Positions 55,137-64,000 of a stretch of 64,000 bases of DNA are shown here, piece by piece (positions within the stretch are counted from its first letter, which is position 1; the number at the start of each line of letters is the position of its first letter). The DNA is from Candidatus Entotheonellaceae bacterium. Its GTDB lineage: Bacteria; Tectomicrobia; Entotheonellia; Entotheonellales; Entotheonellaceae. The stretch lies in assembly GCA_965238075.1 (NCBI GenBank), contig OZ250173.1, positions 2,368,001 through 2,432,000 of the forward strand. The letters run 5' to 3'. The notes beneath the pieces were generated by a model that ran no database searches, had not been told where the DNA came from, and saw nothing but the letters and a program-made list of their open reading frames with translations. Position numbers and translations under genes: made by a program.

Positions 55137-56222
55137 TCAGCCGATATAGCCCCGGTGCACCAACAACTCTGCCGTCAGGACCGTGCCCTTGGCGGCGCCC
55201 ATCTTGGTATTGTGTGACAAGAGCACGTATTGCAGGCCGTTCTCGAAGGCACTGTCAGCCCGCAAACGGCCCACGCTGGTGGCCATGCCGTCGTCCAGCG
55301 CGCGGTCCAGGCGCGGCTGTGGCCGGAACGGATCGTCGTGCACGACGATGAGGCGCTGCGGCGCGGAGGGCAATCCCAGCCGAGCGAATTCCGCGCCGAA
55401 ACAATTGAAGGCATCGCGCGCCTCGGACACCGTGGCCGGCCGCGCGGTGAGGGCTAGCACGCTCTCGGTGTGCCCCTCCAGCACCGGCACGCGGGTGCAC
55501 GTCGCACTCATGCGAAGCGCGGCCGGCTGCAGACCGTCCGCCGTATAGTGGCCGAGAATTTTGCACGTCTCCCGCTGCACTTTCTCTTCTTCTTTGGCGA
55601 TGTAGGGAATGACGTTGTCGATGATGTCCAGGCCCAGAACGCCGCCATGGCGTCCGGCGCCGGAGACGGCCTGCAGCGAGGTCATGACGACGGCTTCCAG
55701 GCCGAAGCGCTGCGCCAGGGGAGCCAGGGTGATGGCCAACCCGACCGTGGTACAATTCGGGTTTGGCGCGATGAATCCCCGCCAGCCGCGCGTTTTGCGT
55801 TGGTTGTCGATCAGCCCGATGTGATCATCGTTGACGCCTGGCAACAGCACCGGCACGTCGTCGTCGTAGCGAAAGGCCGAGGCCGTGCTGATGACCGGCG
55901 TGCTGCGTGCGTATTGGGGCTCGAGCGTCTGGGCGGCGTCCGATTCGACGGCGCTGAAAATCACGTCGAAGCGCGCTGCGTCGAGGTCGGCGGCGTTTTC
56001 CACGGGCAGGTCAAAGATGTTGTCGTCCGGTAGGGCTTCGGCGTACCACTGCAGGGAGCCGTCGGGGGCGTCCCGCAGCGCCTCGCCATACGAACGGCCC
56101 GCCGAGCGCCGTGACGCAGCCAAGGCGGCAATGGTAAACCAAGGATGCCGTTGCAGAGCCAGAATGAACTGCTGTCCGACGATACCAGTGGCGCCAACGA
56201 TGGCGGCCTTGAGCCTGCTCAT
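55137..56222 (-). CDS. asd: Aspartate-semialdehyde dehydrogenase, archaeal/eukaryotic-like subtype
   Basis: GATGIVGQ, NPNCTT, QAVSGAG, CTRVPVLEGH, RPQPRLDR, SHNTKMGAAKG. Confidence 0.88.
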   Translation of the reverse strand: MSRLKAAIVGATGIVGQQFILALQRHPWFTIAALAASRRSAGRSYGEALRDAPDGSLQWYAEALPDDNIFDLPVENAADLDAARFDVIFSAVESDAAQTLEPQYARSTPVISTASAFRYDDDVPVLLPGVNDDHIGLIDNQRKTRGWRGFIAPNPNCTTVGLAITLAPLAQRFGLEAVVMTSLQAVSGAGRHGGVLGLDIIDNVIPYIAKEEEKVQRETCKILGHYTADGLQPAALRMSATCTRVPVLEGHTESVLALTARPATVSEARDAFNCFGAEFARLGLPSAPQRLIVVHDDPFRPQPRLDRALDDGMATSVGRLRADSAFENGLQYVLLSHNTKMGAAKGTVLTAELLVHRGYIG

Positions 56223-56363
56223 GTCACCTCGTCAATCTGGAAAAATGGATGCGCTTCAACCTGGCAGGGAGGGCGCTTGCTTCGCCCCGGAGGCTTTGCG
56301 AGAATGGCCGCCCTCGGTGTCGTGGAAGGGAATCGTAAACGCGCAAGAACAGCGGAGGACGCC

Positions 56364-58208
56364 ATGCACGGATACCATGGGCGCATACTGAATGTCAATC
56401 TGAGCAGTGGCCAAGTCGCCATCGAGACGTTCGATGAGACGTTTGCCAAGCAGTATCTCGGCGGCAACGGTTTTGCCATCCGTCTGTTGTACGAGCGCCT
56501 GGCCGCGGGCATTGATCCCCTGGCGCCTGAAAACGTCATCGTTTTTGCCGTTGGTCCCACCACCGACACCACGGTTCCCGGCGCCACGCGCTGCTGTGCC
56601 GGCACGAAATCCCCGCTTACCGGCTTGTTCTTCGACACCACCTTTGGCGGCATGTTCGCTGCGGTCCAGAAGCGCAGCGGCTTCGAGGCCATCGTCATTA
56701 CCGGCCGCGCCGCCGAGCCCGTGTACCTGTTGGTGCACGAGGAAGGCGCCGAGATCAAGCCCGCCGGCGATCTGTGGGGGCGTTACACGCAGGAAACCAA
56801 CCACGCCATCCGCGATCGTGAGGGAGGCAACGTGGAAGTCTGCGCCATCGGACCGGCGGGCGAAAACCGCGTGCGCTTCGCCTGCGCCGTGCATACCTGG
56901 GACAAGAGCCGCGACGGGGTTGCCGGACGCGGCGGCCTCGGCGCGGTGATGGGTTCCAAGCATCTTAAGGCGGTTGCCGTGTCGGGCGGCCGCAAGACCA
57001 GCGTCGCCGACCCTGACGCCATCAAGACGCTGCTGAGTGAAACTCGTGAACCGATGAAGGTCGGCACCGCGGCGCTGAAGAATTACGGCACGACGATTCT
57101 CGTCAACATGGTGAACAAAATCGGTGCCCTGGGGGTGCGCAACCTGCAGACCGAGTGGTACGACAAAGCCGATGCCATCTCCGGTGAGACCTACAAGGCG
57201 GCCTATTTCGACAAGGACACCACCTGTTTCAAATGTCCGGTGGCCTGCGGCAAGGACTTTCACGTGGACGACGGTGAATACGCGGGGACCCGCTGGAAGA
57301 TGCCGGAATACGAGACGATTTTTGCCCTTGGCTCCATGCTGGACAACGCCCACAAGGGGTCCATCGTCAAGGCCAACGAGTTGTGCGATCAGTTGGGCAT
57401 GGACACGATCAGCCTCGGCGTCACCCTGGCGTTTGCCTTCGAATGCTTTGAGAAGGGCTTATTGAGCCGTGAACGCGCCGGGCGCGACCTCAATTTCGGT
57501 GACTACCACGCGATCCTCGATCTCATCGAGGACACGGCTTACCGGCGCGGTTTGGGGGACCTACTGGCCGAGGGCTCGGTGCGCTTGGCGGCGCGTTTGG
57601 GAGGCGAGGCCAGCCGTTTTCTGTACGCCGTCAAAGCGCTGGAAATGCCGGCCCACTCCGCCCGCGTGCTCAAGGGCATGAGCCTGGGCTACGCGACCTC
57701 CACGCGCGGCGGCAGTCACCACGACACCCGCCCGACGCTGCAGTACGGCACCGAGCACGACAACACGACGCCCGACGGCAAGCCTGAATTCGCCGTGCAC
57801 AACCAGCATTTCACCGCCGTGGGCGATTCGCTGACGCAGTGCCGCTTCGTCAGCGAGCGCGGCTTCGGCGGCATGCTGAACGAGCACTACCCCCGCATGA
57901 TCAACGCCGTCACCGGCTGGGACCTGTCGCTGGATGACGTCGAGCGCATCGGCGAGCGCATCTGGAACCTGGAACGGGCCTTCAACGTGCGCGAAGGCAT
58001 CGGGCGCGAGCAGGACGTACTGCCGTATCGGGTTATGCACGAGCCGGTGCCTGAGGGCATGCACAAGGGGATGCACTGCCCGCCGGACGAATTGAACGGC
58101 ATGCTGGACAGCTACTACGCGCTGCGCGGCTGGACGCCTGACGGCGTGCCGACCCCCGAGCGGCTGCAGGCCCTGGAACTGGCCGAACTTGTCCAAAACG
58201 GTAAGTAA
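56364..58208 (+). CDS. Tungsten-dependent aldehyde:ferredoxin oxidoreductase family protein
   Basis: KSPLTG, IGPAGEN, GRGGLGAVMGSK, CFKCPVAC, EYET, CDQLGMDTIS, YYALRGW; GGAGG RBS. Confidence 0.93.
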   Translation: MHGYHGRILNVNLSSGQVAIETFDETFAKQYLGGNGFAIRLLYERLAAGIDPLAPENVIVFAVGPTTDTTVPGATRCCAGTKSPLTGLFFDTTFGGMFAAVQKRSGFEAIVITGRAAEPVYLLVHEEGAEIKPAGDLWGRYTQETNHAIRDREGGNVEVCAIGPAGENRVRFACAVHTWDKSRDGVAGRGGLGAVMGSKHLKAVAVSGGRKTSVADPDAIKTLLSETREPMKVGTAALKNYGTTILVNMVNKIGALGVRNLQTEWYDKADAISGETYKAAYFDKDTTCFKCPVACGKDFHVDDGEYAGTRWKMPEYETIFALGSMLDNAHKGSIVKANELCDQLGMDTISLGVTLAFAFECFEKGLLSRERAGRDLNFGDYHAILDLIEDTAYRRGLGDLLAEGSVRLAARLGGEASRFLYAVKALEMPAHSARVLKGMSLGYATSTRGGSHHDTRPTLQYGTEHDNTTPDGKPEFAVHNQHFTAVGDSLTQCRFVSERGFGGMLNEHYPRMINAVTGWDLSLDDVERIGERIWNLERAFNVREGIGREQDVLPYRVMHEPVPEGMHKGMHCPPDELNGMLDSYYALRGWTPDGVPTPERLQALELAELVQNGK

Positions 58209-58216
58209 ACGCGGGC

Positions 58217-58603
58217 ATGCAACTGACCGTTACGACGCATATTTTTGGCTTGCCGACCGGCCAACGCACGGTGCCGGTGTCCGTCACGGTGCCGTCGGCG
58301 GGCCTCAGCGTGCGGGAACTCATTGCGCGGAAGATCGAGCAGGAATTTTCGGAGTGTGCCGACCGGCAAAGGCCGGGGCTCAGTGGGGAGGCATTTTCGT
58401 CCGAAGAGCTTCTGGGAGCTGTGCCGCTTGCCCTTTGCAGCGACGCCCGTGAGGAAGTCGAACGCGCTCAGCGGGCGTTTGCGGCCCGCGAGTTCATGGT
58501 GGTGATCGATAACCAGCGGGTCTGCGACCCCGACGAAGTCCTGTCCCTCAATCCGGACACCCGCGTGGAGTTCATCAAAATCCTGCCCATGGTTGGGGGA
58601 TAA
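58217..58603 (+). CDS. Ubiquitin-like (MoaD/ThiS-type C-terminus) protein, enlarged
   Basis: Ends VEFIKILPMVGG; starts 8 nt after the AOR stop. Confidence 0.75.
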   Translation: MQLTVTTHIFGLPTGQRTVPVSVTVPSAGLSVRELIARKIEQEFSECADRQRPGLSGEAFSSEELLGAVPLALCSDAREEVERAQRAFAAREFMVVIDNQRVCDPDEVLSLNPDTRVEFIKILPMVGG

Positions 58604-58609
58604 CCTGCC

Positions 58610-59959
58610 TCACCGTACCTGGATTCCTACCTCTACCATCATCCCCGGTTTCAGCAGATTGTCCGGGTTCTCAACCACGATGCGTACCGGAATGCGCTGC
58701 GTCACCTTGATGAAGTGCGCCGACGCGCTGCCCGCTGGAATGATGGCGAATTCGGACCGTGTGGCGGCGCCGATCTGGTGCACTTGCCCCTGAAATGACT
58801 GGTCGGGATAGGCGTCCACCGCAATGTCCACCGGTTGTCCCAACTGCACTTGGCGAATCCGCGTTTCCTCGATGTTGGCGCTGATCCATACGTCCTGCGG
58901 GTCATTGACAATGGCGATCGGTTGTCCGGCCCGAACGTGCTCGCCGCTGTCAGCAATCGCTTGGCTCACGGAGCCGGTCACCGGACTGTGGATGACGGTC
59001 TTTTCCAGCCGCAGGCGCGCCAGGGCGAGCTTGGTCTCGGCCTCCTTGATCTTGGCGCGGAGGTCCTTCAGCCCCTCAGCCTGTGCCATATTGCCCAGAC
59101 GTCCCACGTCCACCGCCTGGGTCTTCAGCGCTTGCGACTCTTCGACTTTCTGCTCTTGGGTGCGCACGCTCTCGAGACGCAGTTGCACGCGCTGGCTTTC
59201 GTCTCTCGCCCTTTGCAGCAGCACAAGGTCCTTATTCAAACGTTCTTGTACCGATTGGTACTGGGCCAGAGCGAAATTGTAGGCTGCCGTCACTTGGTCC
59301 CGTTGCTCGGCAGCGATGATGCCGTCCTGGAACAGACGCTCGGCGCGTTCGCTCTCGGCTGCTGCCACGTCGAGTTGTGCCTTGGTCCCCGCTAACTGGG
59401 CTCTGGCCTCCTCCACGGCGGCCTCTTGTCCCCGCAATTCAGCCTGGACGCGTTTGTTTTCAAGTTGCGCAGCGCCCTGCACTTCGCTCAGTTGGCTCTG
59501 CGAGGCGCTCAAGACGGCTTCGGAAACTTCGATGTTGCCCTCGGTCTGGGCCTGCGCCAATTCGTGCTCGATCTCGGCGCGGGCCAGTTGGCTCTGCACC
59601 GCTTCCAGAGCAGCCTGCCGCTGTGCCACTTCCAACTCGTAGAATTCCGGGTCGATACGGGCCAACAGGTCGCCCTGCTTGATCGGCTGCCCCGCCTCGA
59701 TCGGCACGCTCAGCAAACGCCCCGGAACTTCCGCACTCACCGTTATCAGCGTGCCCTTCACGCGCGCGTCGTCTGTCGACACGTGACTCAGCGTGTACAG
59801 CCACCACTGCACGCCGAAATAGCCGCCGACCGCCAGCCCCAGCACCAGCAGCGGAACGAAAATGCGCCAACGCGAGCCGCGCTGGCTGAGGGGCGGCATC
59901 GGCGCCGACCCACCAGCGCGAGGCGAGGGGGTGTCCAAGGGAGCGTTATCTTCAGCCAT
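58610..59959 (-). CDS. HlyD/EmrA family periplasmic adaptor subunit
   Basis: STDDARV, long coiled coil, ANIEET, VDAYP, FIKVTQRIPVRI, LKPGM. Confidence 0.9.
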   Translation of the reverse strand: MAEDNAPLDTPSPRAGGSAPMPPLSQRGSRWRIFVPLLVLGLAVGGYFGVQWWLYTLSHVSTDDARVKGTLITVSAEVPGRLLSVPIEAGQPIKQGDLLARIDPEFYELEVAQRQAALEAVQSQLARAEIEHELAQAQTEGNIEVSEAVLSASQSQLSEVQGAAQLENKRVQAELRGQEAAVEEARAQLAGTKAQLDVAAAESERAERLFQDGIIAAEQRDQVTAAYNFALAQYQSVQERLNKDLVLLQRARDESQRVQLRLESVRTQEQKVEESQALKTQAVDVGRLGNMAQAEGLKDLRAKIKEAETKLALARLRLEKTVIHSPVTGSVSQAIADSGEHVRAGQPIAIVNDPQDVWISANIEETRIRQVQLGQPVDIAVDAYPDQSFQGQVHQIGAATRSEFAIIPAGSASAHFIKVTQRIPVRIVVENPDNLLKPGMMVEVGIQVR

Positions 59960-60234
59960 GTGCTGTTTCCTTTGTTATCAAACTTCGCTCGGCATGATGC
60001 GAAAGATTGGGGATGAGTACCGGAGGGTTTGCGAAGCAGTTAGAGGCGGTTGGGACAGCCTCGGAGCATGATGCATTATCAACGATGGACGATAGCTTAA
60101 CACAGACGGTTGTTGCAAAGGGCCGGGTTGATTTCCTGATGGATCGTTGATAACTGCTCATTTGTGCATTATATTGACGGCATGAATCCGCGTTACCAGA
60201 CCCCAGTCAGCCCATTCATGCGGGAGGGGTGAAC

Positions 60235-61314
60235 ATGGAACCTGACGCAAGAGACCCTCAGGCGGCCATTCGTGGGCGCGGCACCGGCTCGAATCCCCGT
60301 AACCGTTTCGAGCCGCTGTTCTATGCCCCGGACCCCGACAGCGAGGTGCCGCCAGACACCGTCTTTACGACGGAACTGCTCCGCGACACCTCACAGTCCA
60401 TCTTGGCCTACAACAACAGCCCGGACATCGGCTTTGACGCCAGCATCAACGCGTACCGCGGCTGCGAGCACGGCTGCATTTACTGCTATGCCAGGCCGAC
60501 CCACGAATATCTCGGGTTTTCCGCCGGCCTCGACTTCGAGACCAAAATCCTGGTCAAGCCGGAAGCCGCGACGCTCCTGCGCCGGGAACTGTCGTCGCGT
60601 CGTTGGAAACCGCAGGTGGTGGTTCTGAGCGGCGTCACCGACCCTTATCAGCCCACCGAACGCCGCCTGCGGCTGACGCGGGCCTGCCTGGAAGTGCTGG
60701 CGGAATTCCGCAACCCGGTGGCCATCATCACCAAGAACCACCTCGTGACCCGGGATATTGACGTGTTGGGTGAATTGGCGCAGTACCAGGCGGCATCGGT
60801 GGCGCTGTCCGTTACCAGCCTGGACAGCGGGCTCAGCCGTGTGCTCGAACCCAGGGCCTCGCACCCCCAGCAACGACTGGCGGCTATCGAGGAATTGTCG
60901 CAGGCAGGCGTGCCGGTCGGCATGATGGTGGCGCCGGTCATCCCGGGACTGAACGAACACGAGATGCCTGCCATTATCGAGGCCGGTAAGCAAGCCGGTG
61001 GGCAGTTTGCCGGCTACACCACGCTGCGGCTGCCGCATGGGGTAGCGCCGCTGTTCGAGCGCTGGCTGGATCAGCACGCGCCGAACAAAAAGGCCAAAAT
61101 CCTCAACCGCTTGCGCAGCCTGCGTGGCGGCAAGCTGAACGACAGCCGCTTCGGCAAACGCATGCGCGGCGAGGGGCGATACGCCGAGCAAATCGCCGCC
61201 ATGTTCGCTCTGGCCTGCCGCAAGGCGGGTCTGGTCAACAAGCCCCCGAGGCTCTCGACAACCGCCTTCCGTCGCCCCGTAGAGGGAGGGCAGTTGAGGC
61301 TGTTCGACGGGTAG
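60235..61314 (+). CDS. PA0069/Rv2578c-like radical SAM protein (spore photoproduct lyase-related)
   Basis: GRG..SNP.NRF, NAYRGCEHGCIYCYARPTH, TDPYQP, RMRGEG, QLRLF end. Confidence 0.92.
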   Translation: MEPDARDPQAAIRGRGTGSNPRNRFEPLFYAPDPDSEVPPDTVFTTELLRDTSQSILAYNNSPDIGFDASINAYRGCEHGCIYCYARPTHEYLGFSAGLDFETKILVKPEAATLLRRELSSRRWKPQVVVLSGVTDPYQPTERRLRLTRACLEVLAEFRNPVAIITKNHLVTRDIDVLGELAQYQAASVALSVTSLDSGLSRVLEPRASHPQQRLAAIEELSQAGVPVGMMVAPVIPGLNEHEMPAIIEAGKQAGGQFAGYTTLRLPHGVAPLFERWLDQHAPNKKAKILNRLRSLRGGKLNDSRFGKRMRGEGRYAEQIAAMFALACRKAGLVNKPPRLSTTAFRRPVEGGQLRLFDG

Positions 61315-61484
61315 CGTCCCGCTGCGCTGGTTGATCCGTTCCACAGCATTCCGTAATGATTCCCTCATGTGGATCGTCTATAGTCCATAATAGCCGGACA
61401 AGGACGCAGGCGGACCTCCCTGTGGCGTGTACGGTTGCCCGATCGGTTACTTCCCACTGCAATGCCCCAATAAGGAGAACTCCC

Positions 61485-62003
61485 ATGAAACGACGCAGCG
61501 CGTTTATCCTGGCCGGATGCCTCGTATTTTGCCTTGGCGTGACCTCCGTCAGCGCCATGTCGCACGGTGGCGGCCTGCCGCGGGTGCCGGTTATGACGAC
61601 CGAACTCGCCGAAACCATCGCCATCACCTGCGACGAGTACGCCAAGAAGCAGGAAGGCTGGCGCGCCCTGAACATCGCCATTGTGGACGACGGCGGCGAG
61701 CTGTTCTATTTCCGCCGTGACCCCACGTCGTTCAAGGGCAGCATCGAGATCGCCATTAACAAGGCGTGGACGGCGACGCGTTTCGGCTTCCCGACGCGGG
61801 CCATCGGCGGCATCGTCAACCGCGAGCCCGGCAAGGTGCACGGCATCCAGTTTATGGATCGGCTAATCATTTTCGCCGGCGGGTTGCCGATCATTGCGGA
61901 CGGCACGGTCATCGGCGGAGTTGGCGTCAGCGGCGCTACCGGCGATCAGGACGAAGAGTGCGCCCAGGCGGGGCTCGATGCCGCCAAGGACATGCTGAAG
62001 TAA
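61485..62003 (+). CDS. GlcG/HbpS family heme-binding protein with signal peptide
   Basis: AIVDDGG, IAINKAWTA, GGLPI...IGGVGVSG...DEECA; AAGGAG RBS. Confidence 0.88.
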   Translation: MKRRSAFILAGCLVFCLGVTSVSAMSHGGGLPRVPVMTTELAETIAITCDEYAKKQEGWRALNIAIVDDGGELFYFRRDPTSFKGSIEIAINKAWTATRFGFPTRAIGGIVNREPGKVHGIQFMDRLIIFAGGLPIIADGTVIGGVGVSGATGDQDEECAQAGLDAAKDMLK

Positions 62004-62059
62004 TCGTGGCGTCAGGGCCGGGGCTGTGATGTCGTCTCGGCCTTGTTTCGCGGCGTGAT

Positions 62060-62371
62060 TCATTCTCCCTGCCAACGATAGGCCTTCAAATCAACTCGGT
62101 CGTTCTCGTCGAAGACGACGCCCTCCGACTCCAGCAGCAGCCGCTGAATGAGCGGGCTTTCAGCGGGGAAGCGCGGGCTGATCTCACCCCGATGGTTGAT
62201 GACGCGCTGCCACGGCACGTCCGTGCCGCGCGGCAGATAACGCAGTGCATAGCCCACCGCGCGCGCTGATCGCGGGCTGCCGAGCAGCGCCGCCACCTGC
62301 CCGTAAGTCACCACCTTGCCCGGCGGCACCTGCTGAACCAATTCATACACCTGTTCGTAGAAATGTCTCAT
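62060..62371 (-). CDS. Alkyltransferase-like protein (ATL/YbaZ-type, MGMT family)
   Basis: VPPGKVVTYGQVA, ARAVGYAL, PWQRV in place of PCHRV. Confidence 0.9.
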   Translation of the reverse strand: MRHFYEQVYELVQQVPPGKVVTYGQVAALLGSPRSARAVGYALRYLPRGTDVPWQRVINHRGEISPRFPAESPLIQRLLLESEGVVFDENDRVDLKAYRWQGE

Positions 62372-62459
62372 GACGGCCTGCGGGGGTTCGTTTGCGCCAA
62401 TAGCGGCGGTAGGTTACGGTATGTCCCTGGCGCGAAAAATTTCCCGTGTGGAGAACGGA

Positions 62460-63917
62460 ATGGAACTCTACGAACTGCGGCACGTGGTGAATCTGGCGCT
62501 GGACGTGATTGCCGGGGACTCATCGTTTCTGGAGGCCGAGGTCTGCGCCTCCTGGTGCGAACAGCAGATTGCCGAGTTGAGCCACGATACCGCCCAGCCC
62601 GAAAACGCCGGGCCATCCCTGCGTGACGAAACGGCTTGCGGTTTCAGCATCCTCCTGGTCATGGCCGATGGCGCCGGTCGCAAAGTCGGCTTCGGTGTCG
62701 ACCGCGACGACCTCACTCGCGACAGCATCGCCCTGGCGTTGGAAATTGCCAAACAGAGCGCCGTTGTCGATCCGGGTTTTACAAGCCTGCCGAAGCCGCC
62801 GGAAGCGATCCCAACTGCCCCCATGCTGCACGATCCGGCGGTCATGAGCCTGTCCGACGATGCCGTCGCGGGGTTGGCCAGCGAAGCGCTGGACGGCGCC
62901 CTTTCGACCTTCAGGGAAGCGGCTGTTGAGGCCCCGTTCCGGATCAGCGGCGAGGTGTGCAGCCGCACGGAATTGCTGGTGGTCGGTAATTCGCACGGTT
63001 TGTTGGCCGAAGATACCTCAACTGCCCTGTTCGCCACTCTGCATGGGTATCTCGGCTCGCAACAGAGCCACGGTGTCGGCAGCCACAGCGCCACGCATCT
63101 CAAGGACTTCTCACCGCACGATGCCGGCGTCGAAGCGGTCACAGAGGCGTTGCGGGCACGCGACGGCACGGCTTTGCCGGCTGGCGAGTATGCCGTCATC
63201 TTCGGTCCTCGGGCCGTTGCCGACCTGTGCCAGGATATCCTGCTGCCGGCCCTCAGCCTCGATACCCTGGCAAACGGTATCAGCCCCTTTGAAGGTCGAT
63301 TCGGTCAACAAATCACCAGCACCTTTCTGACCGTCGCCGATGAAGGTCGCTTTCCCGGCTTGGTCGGCAGTCGCACGATAACCGGCGACGGTTTGCCCAC
63401 CGGCAGCACCACCCTGATCGCCGGCGGTCGTTTGACGGGTTTTCTGGCCGATGTCTATCATACCCAGGCCATGGCGCCGAAGTTCGGTCCGCTGCCGCCA
63501 TACAACGGCATGCGGCACGCCATGTACGGTGAAAGCTTTGCCATGCGCCCCGGTATTTTCCCCACCAACGTCATCTTCGCCAGCGACACAGCCGTGTCGC
63601 GCGATGCGCTTGTGGCGCCGATAACGAACGGCATTTACGTCGGTGGCCTGTGGGCCACGGCATTCCGGCGCGGCGTGGCGCCCGGCGACTTCATCAGCAC
63701 GATCGTCGGCCCTTCCTTCCACATTCACGAAGGCAAGTTCGCCCAACCTCTGCAACCTCGCGTGCTGCATATTCAGGACAATGTGCTTGACGTGTTGCAA
63801 CGCCTTACCGGCCTTTCCACGCTACGGCGTCCGGTCGTGCTGACCAGCGGCCAATCCGTGGTGCTGGCGCCCGAGTTGCGGTGCAGCCGGGTTTCGTTTG
63901 TTCAGCGTCGAGGATAG
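62460..63917 (+). CDS. TldD/PmbA family protein (PmbA/TldE-like, no HExxxH motif)
   Basis: GEYAVIF.P.AV, G.QI.S..LTV.D, DGLP, PTNV, GDF; metal motif absent. Confidence 0.8.
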   Translation: MELYELRHVVNLALDVIAGDSSFLEAEVCASWCEQQIAELSHDTAQPENAGPSLRDETACGFSILLVMADGAGRKVGFGVDRDDLTRDSIALALEIAKQSAVVDPGFTSLPKPPEAIPTAPMLHDPAVMSLSDDAVAGLASEALDGALSTFREAAVEAPFRISGEVCSRTELLVVGNSHGLLAEDTSTALFATLHGYLGSQQSHGVGSHSATHLKDFSPHDAGVEAVTEALRARDGTALPAGEYAVIFGPRAVADLCQDILLPALSLDTLANGISPFEGRFGQQITSTFLTVADEGRFPGLVGSRTITGDGLPTGSTTLIAGGRLTGFLADVYHTQAMAPKFGPLPPYNGMRHAMYGESFAMRPGIFPTNVIFASDTAVSRDALVAPITNGIYVGGLWATAFRRGVAPGDFISTIVGPSFHIHEGKFAQPLQPRVLHIQDNVLDVLQRLTGLSTLRRPVVLTSGQSVVLAPELRCSRVSFVQRRG

Positions 63918-64000
63918 CGAAGCGCCCAGCCGAGTTGCCGGGCAATACCGCGCAGCCGCCGCACGTCGCGTCGTTCGAGGCCGGTGCGCTCGAAAATACG
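63902..64000 (-). CDS. C-terminal fragment of a probable TrmJ/LasT-type RNA methyltransferase, truncated by window end
   Basis: Minus strand reads RIFERTGLERRDVRRLRGIARQLGWALRYPRR*, resembling the TrmJ C-terminal helix; only 32 aa visible. Confidence 0.5.
   Translation of the reverse strand, partial: RIFERTGLERRDVRRLRGIARQLGWALRYPRR

Overview
A gene-dense, GC-rich bacterial chromosome segment of about 57 CDS, one tRNA-Leu(GAG) and three copies of a CGTC-type palindromic (REP-like) element. I found no CRISPR array, integrase, transposase or prophage. It mixes housekeeping genes (ileS, menA/menB/menG, thiI, trxA, 2-oxoacid dehydrogenase E1a/E1b/E2, purA, mtaB, thrB, thrC, asd, tpiA-secG-tRNA-Leu, rne, mgtE) with accessory redox and catabolic enzymes (sulfite dehydrogenase plus cytochrome c, PQQ dehydrogenase, tungsten-family AOR, LLM oxidoreductase, acyl-CoA dehydrogenases, epoxide hydrolase, tautomerases). 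No taxon can be assigned from sequence alone. The most notable observations are: (1) an IleRS with both class-I signature motifs altered (GVHH for HIGH, AMHKS for KMSKS), the GXHH type being linked to mupirocin hyper-resistance; (2) an enlarged Gly-Gly-terminated ubiquitin-like protein directly behind the AOR gene; (3) an atypical biotin carboxylase-linker-BCCP protein preceded by a structured, terminator-containing leader; (4) a one-base frameshift in a tartrate/isopropylmalate dehydrogenase gene; (5) a candidate attenuator between divergent Mg2+ transport genes; (6) several enzymes with substituted catalytic motifs. All assignments come from motif recognition by eye; no database search was run.
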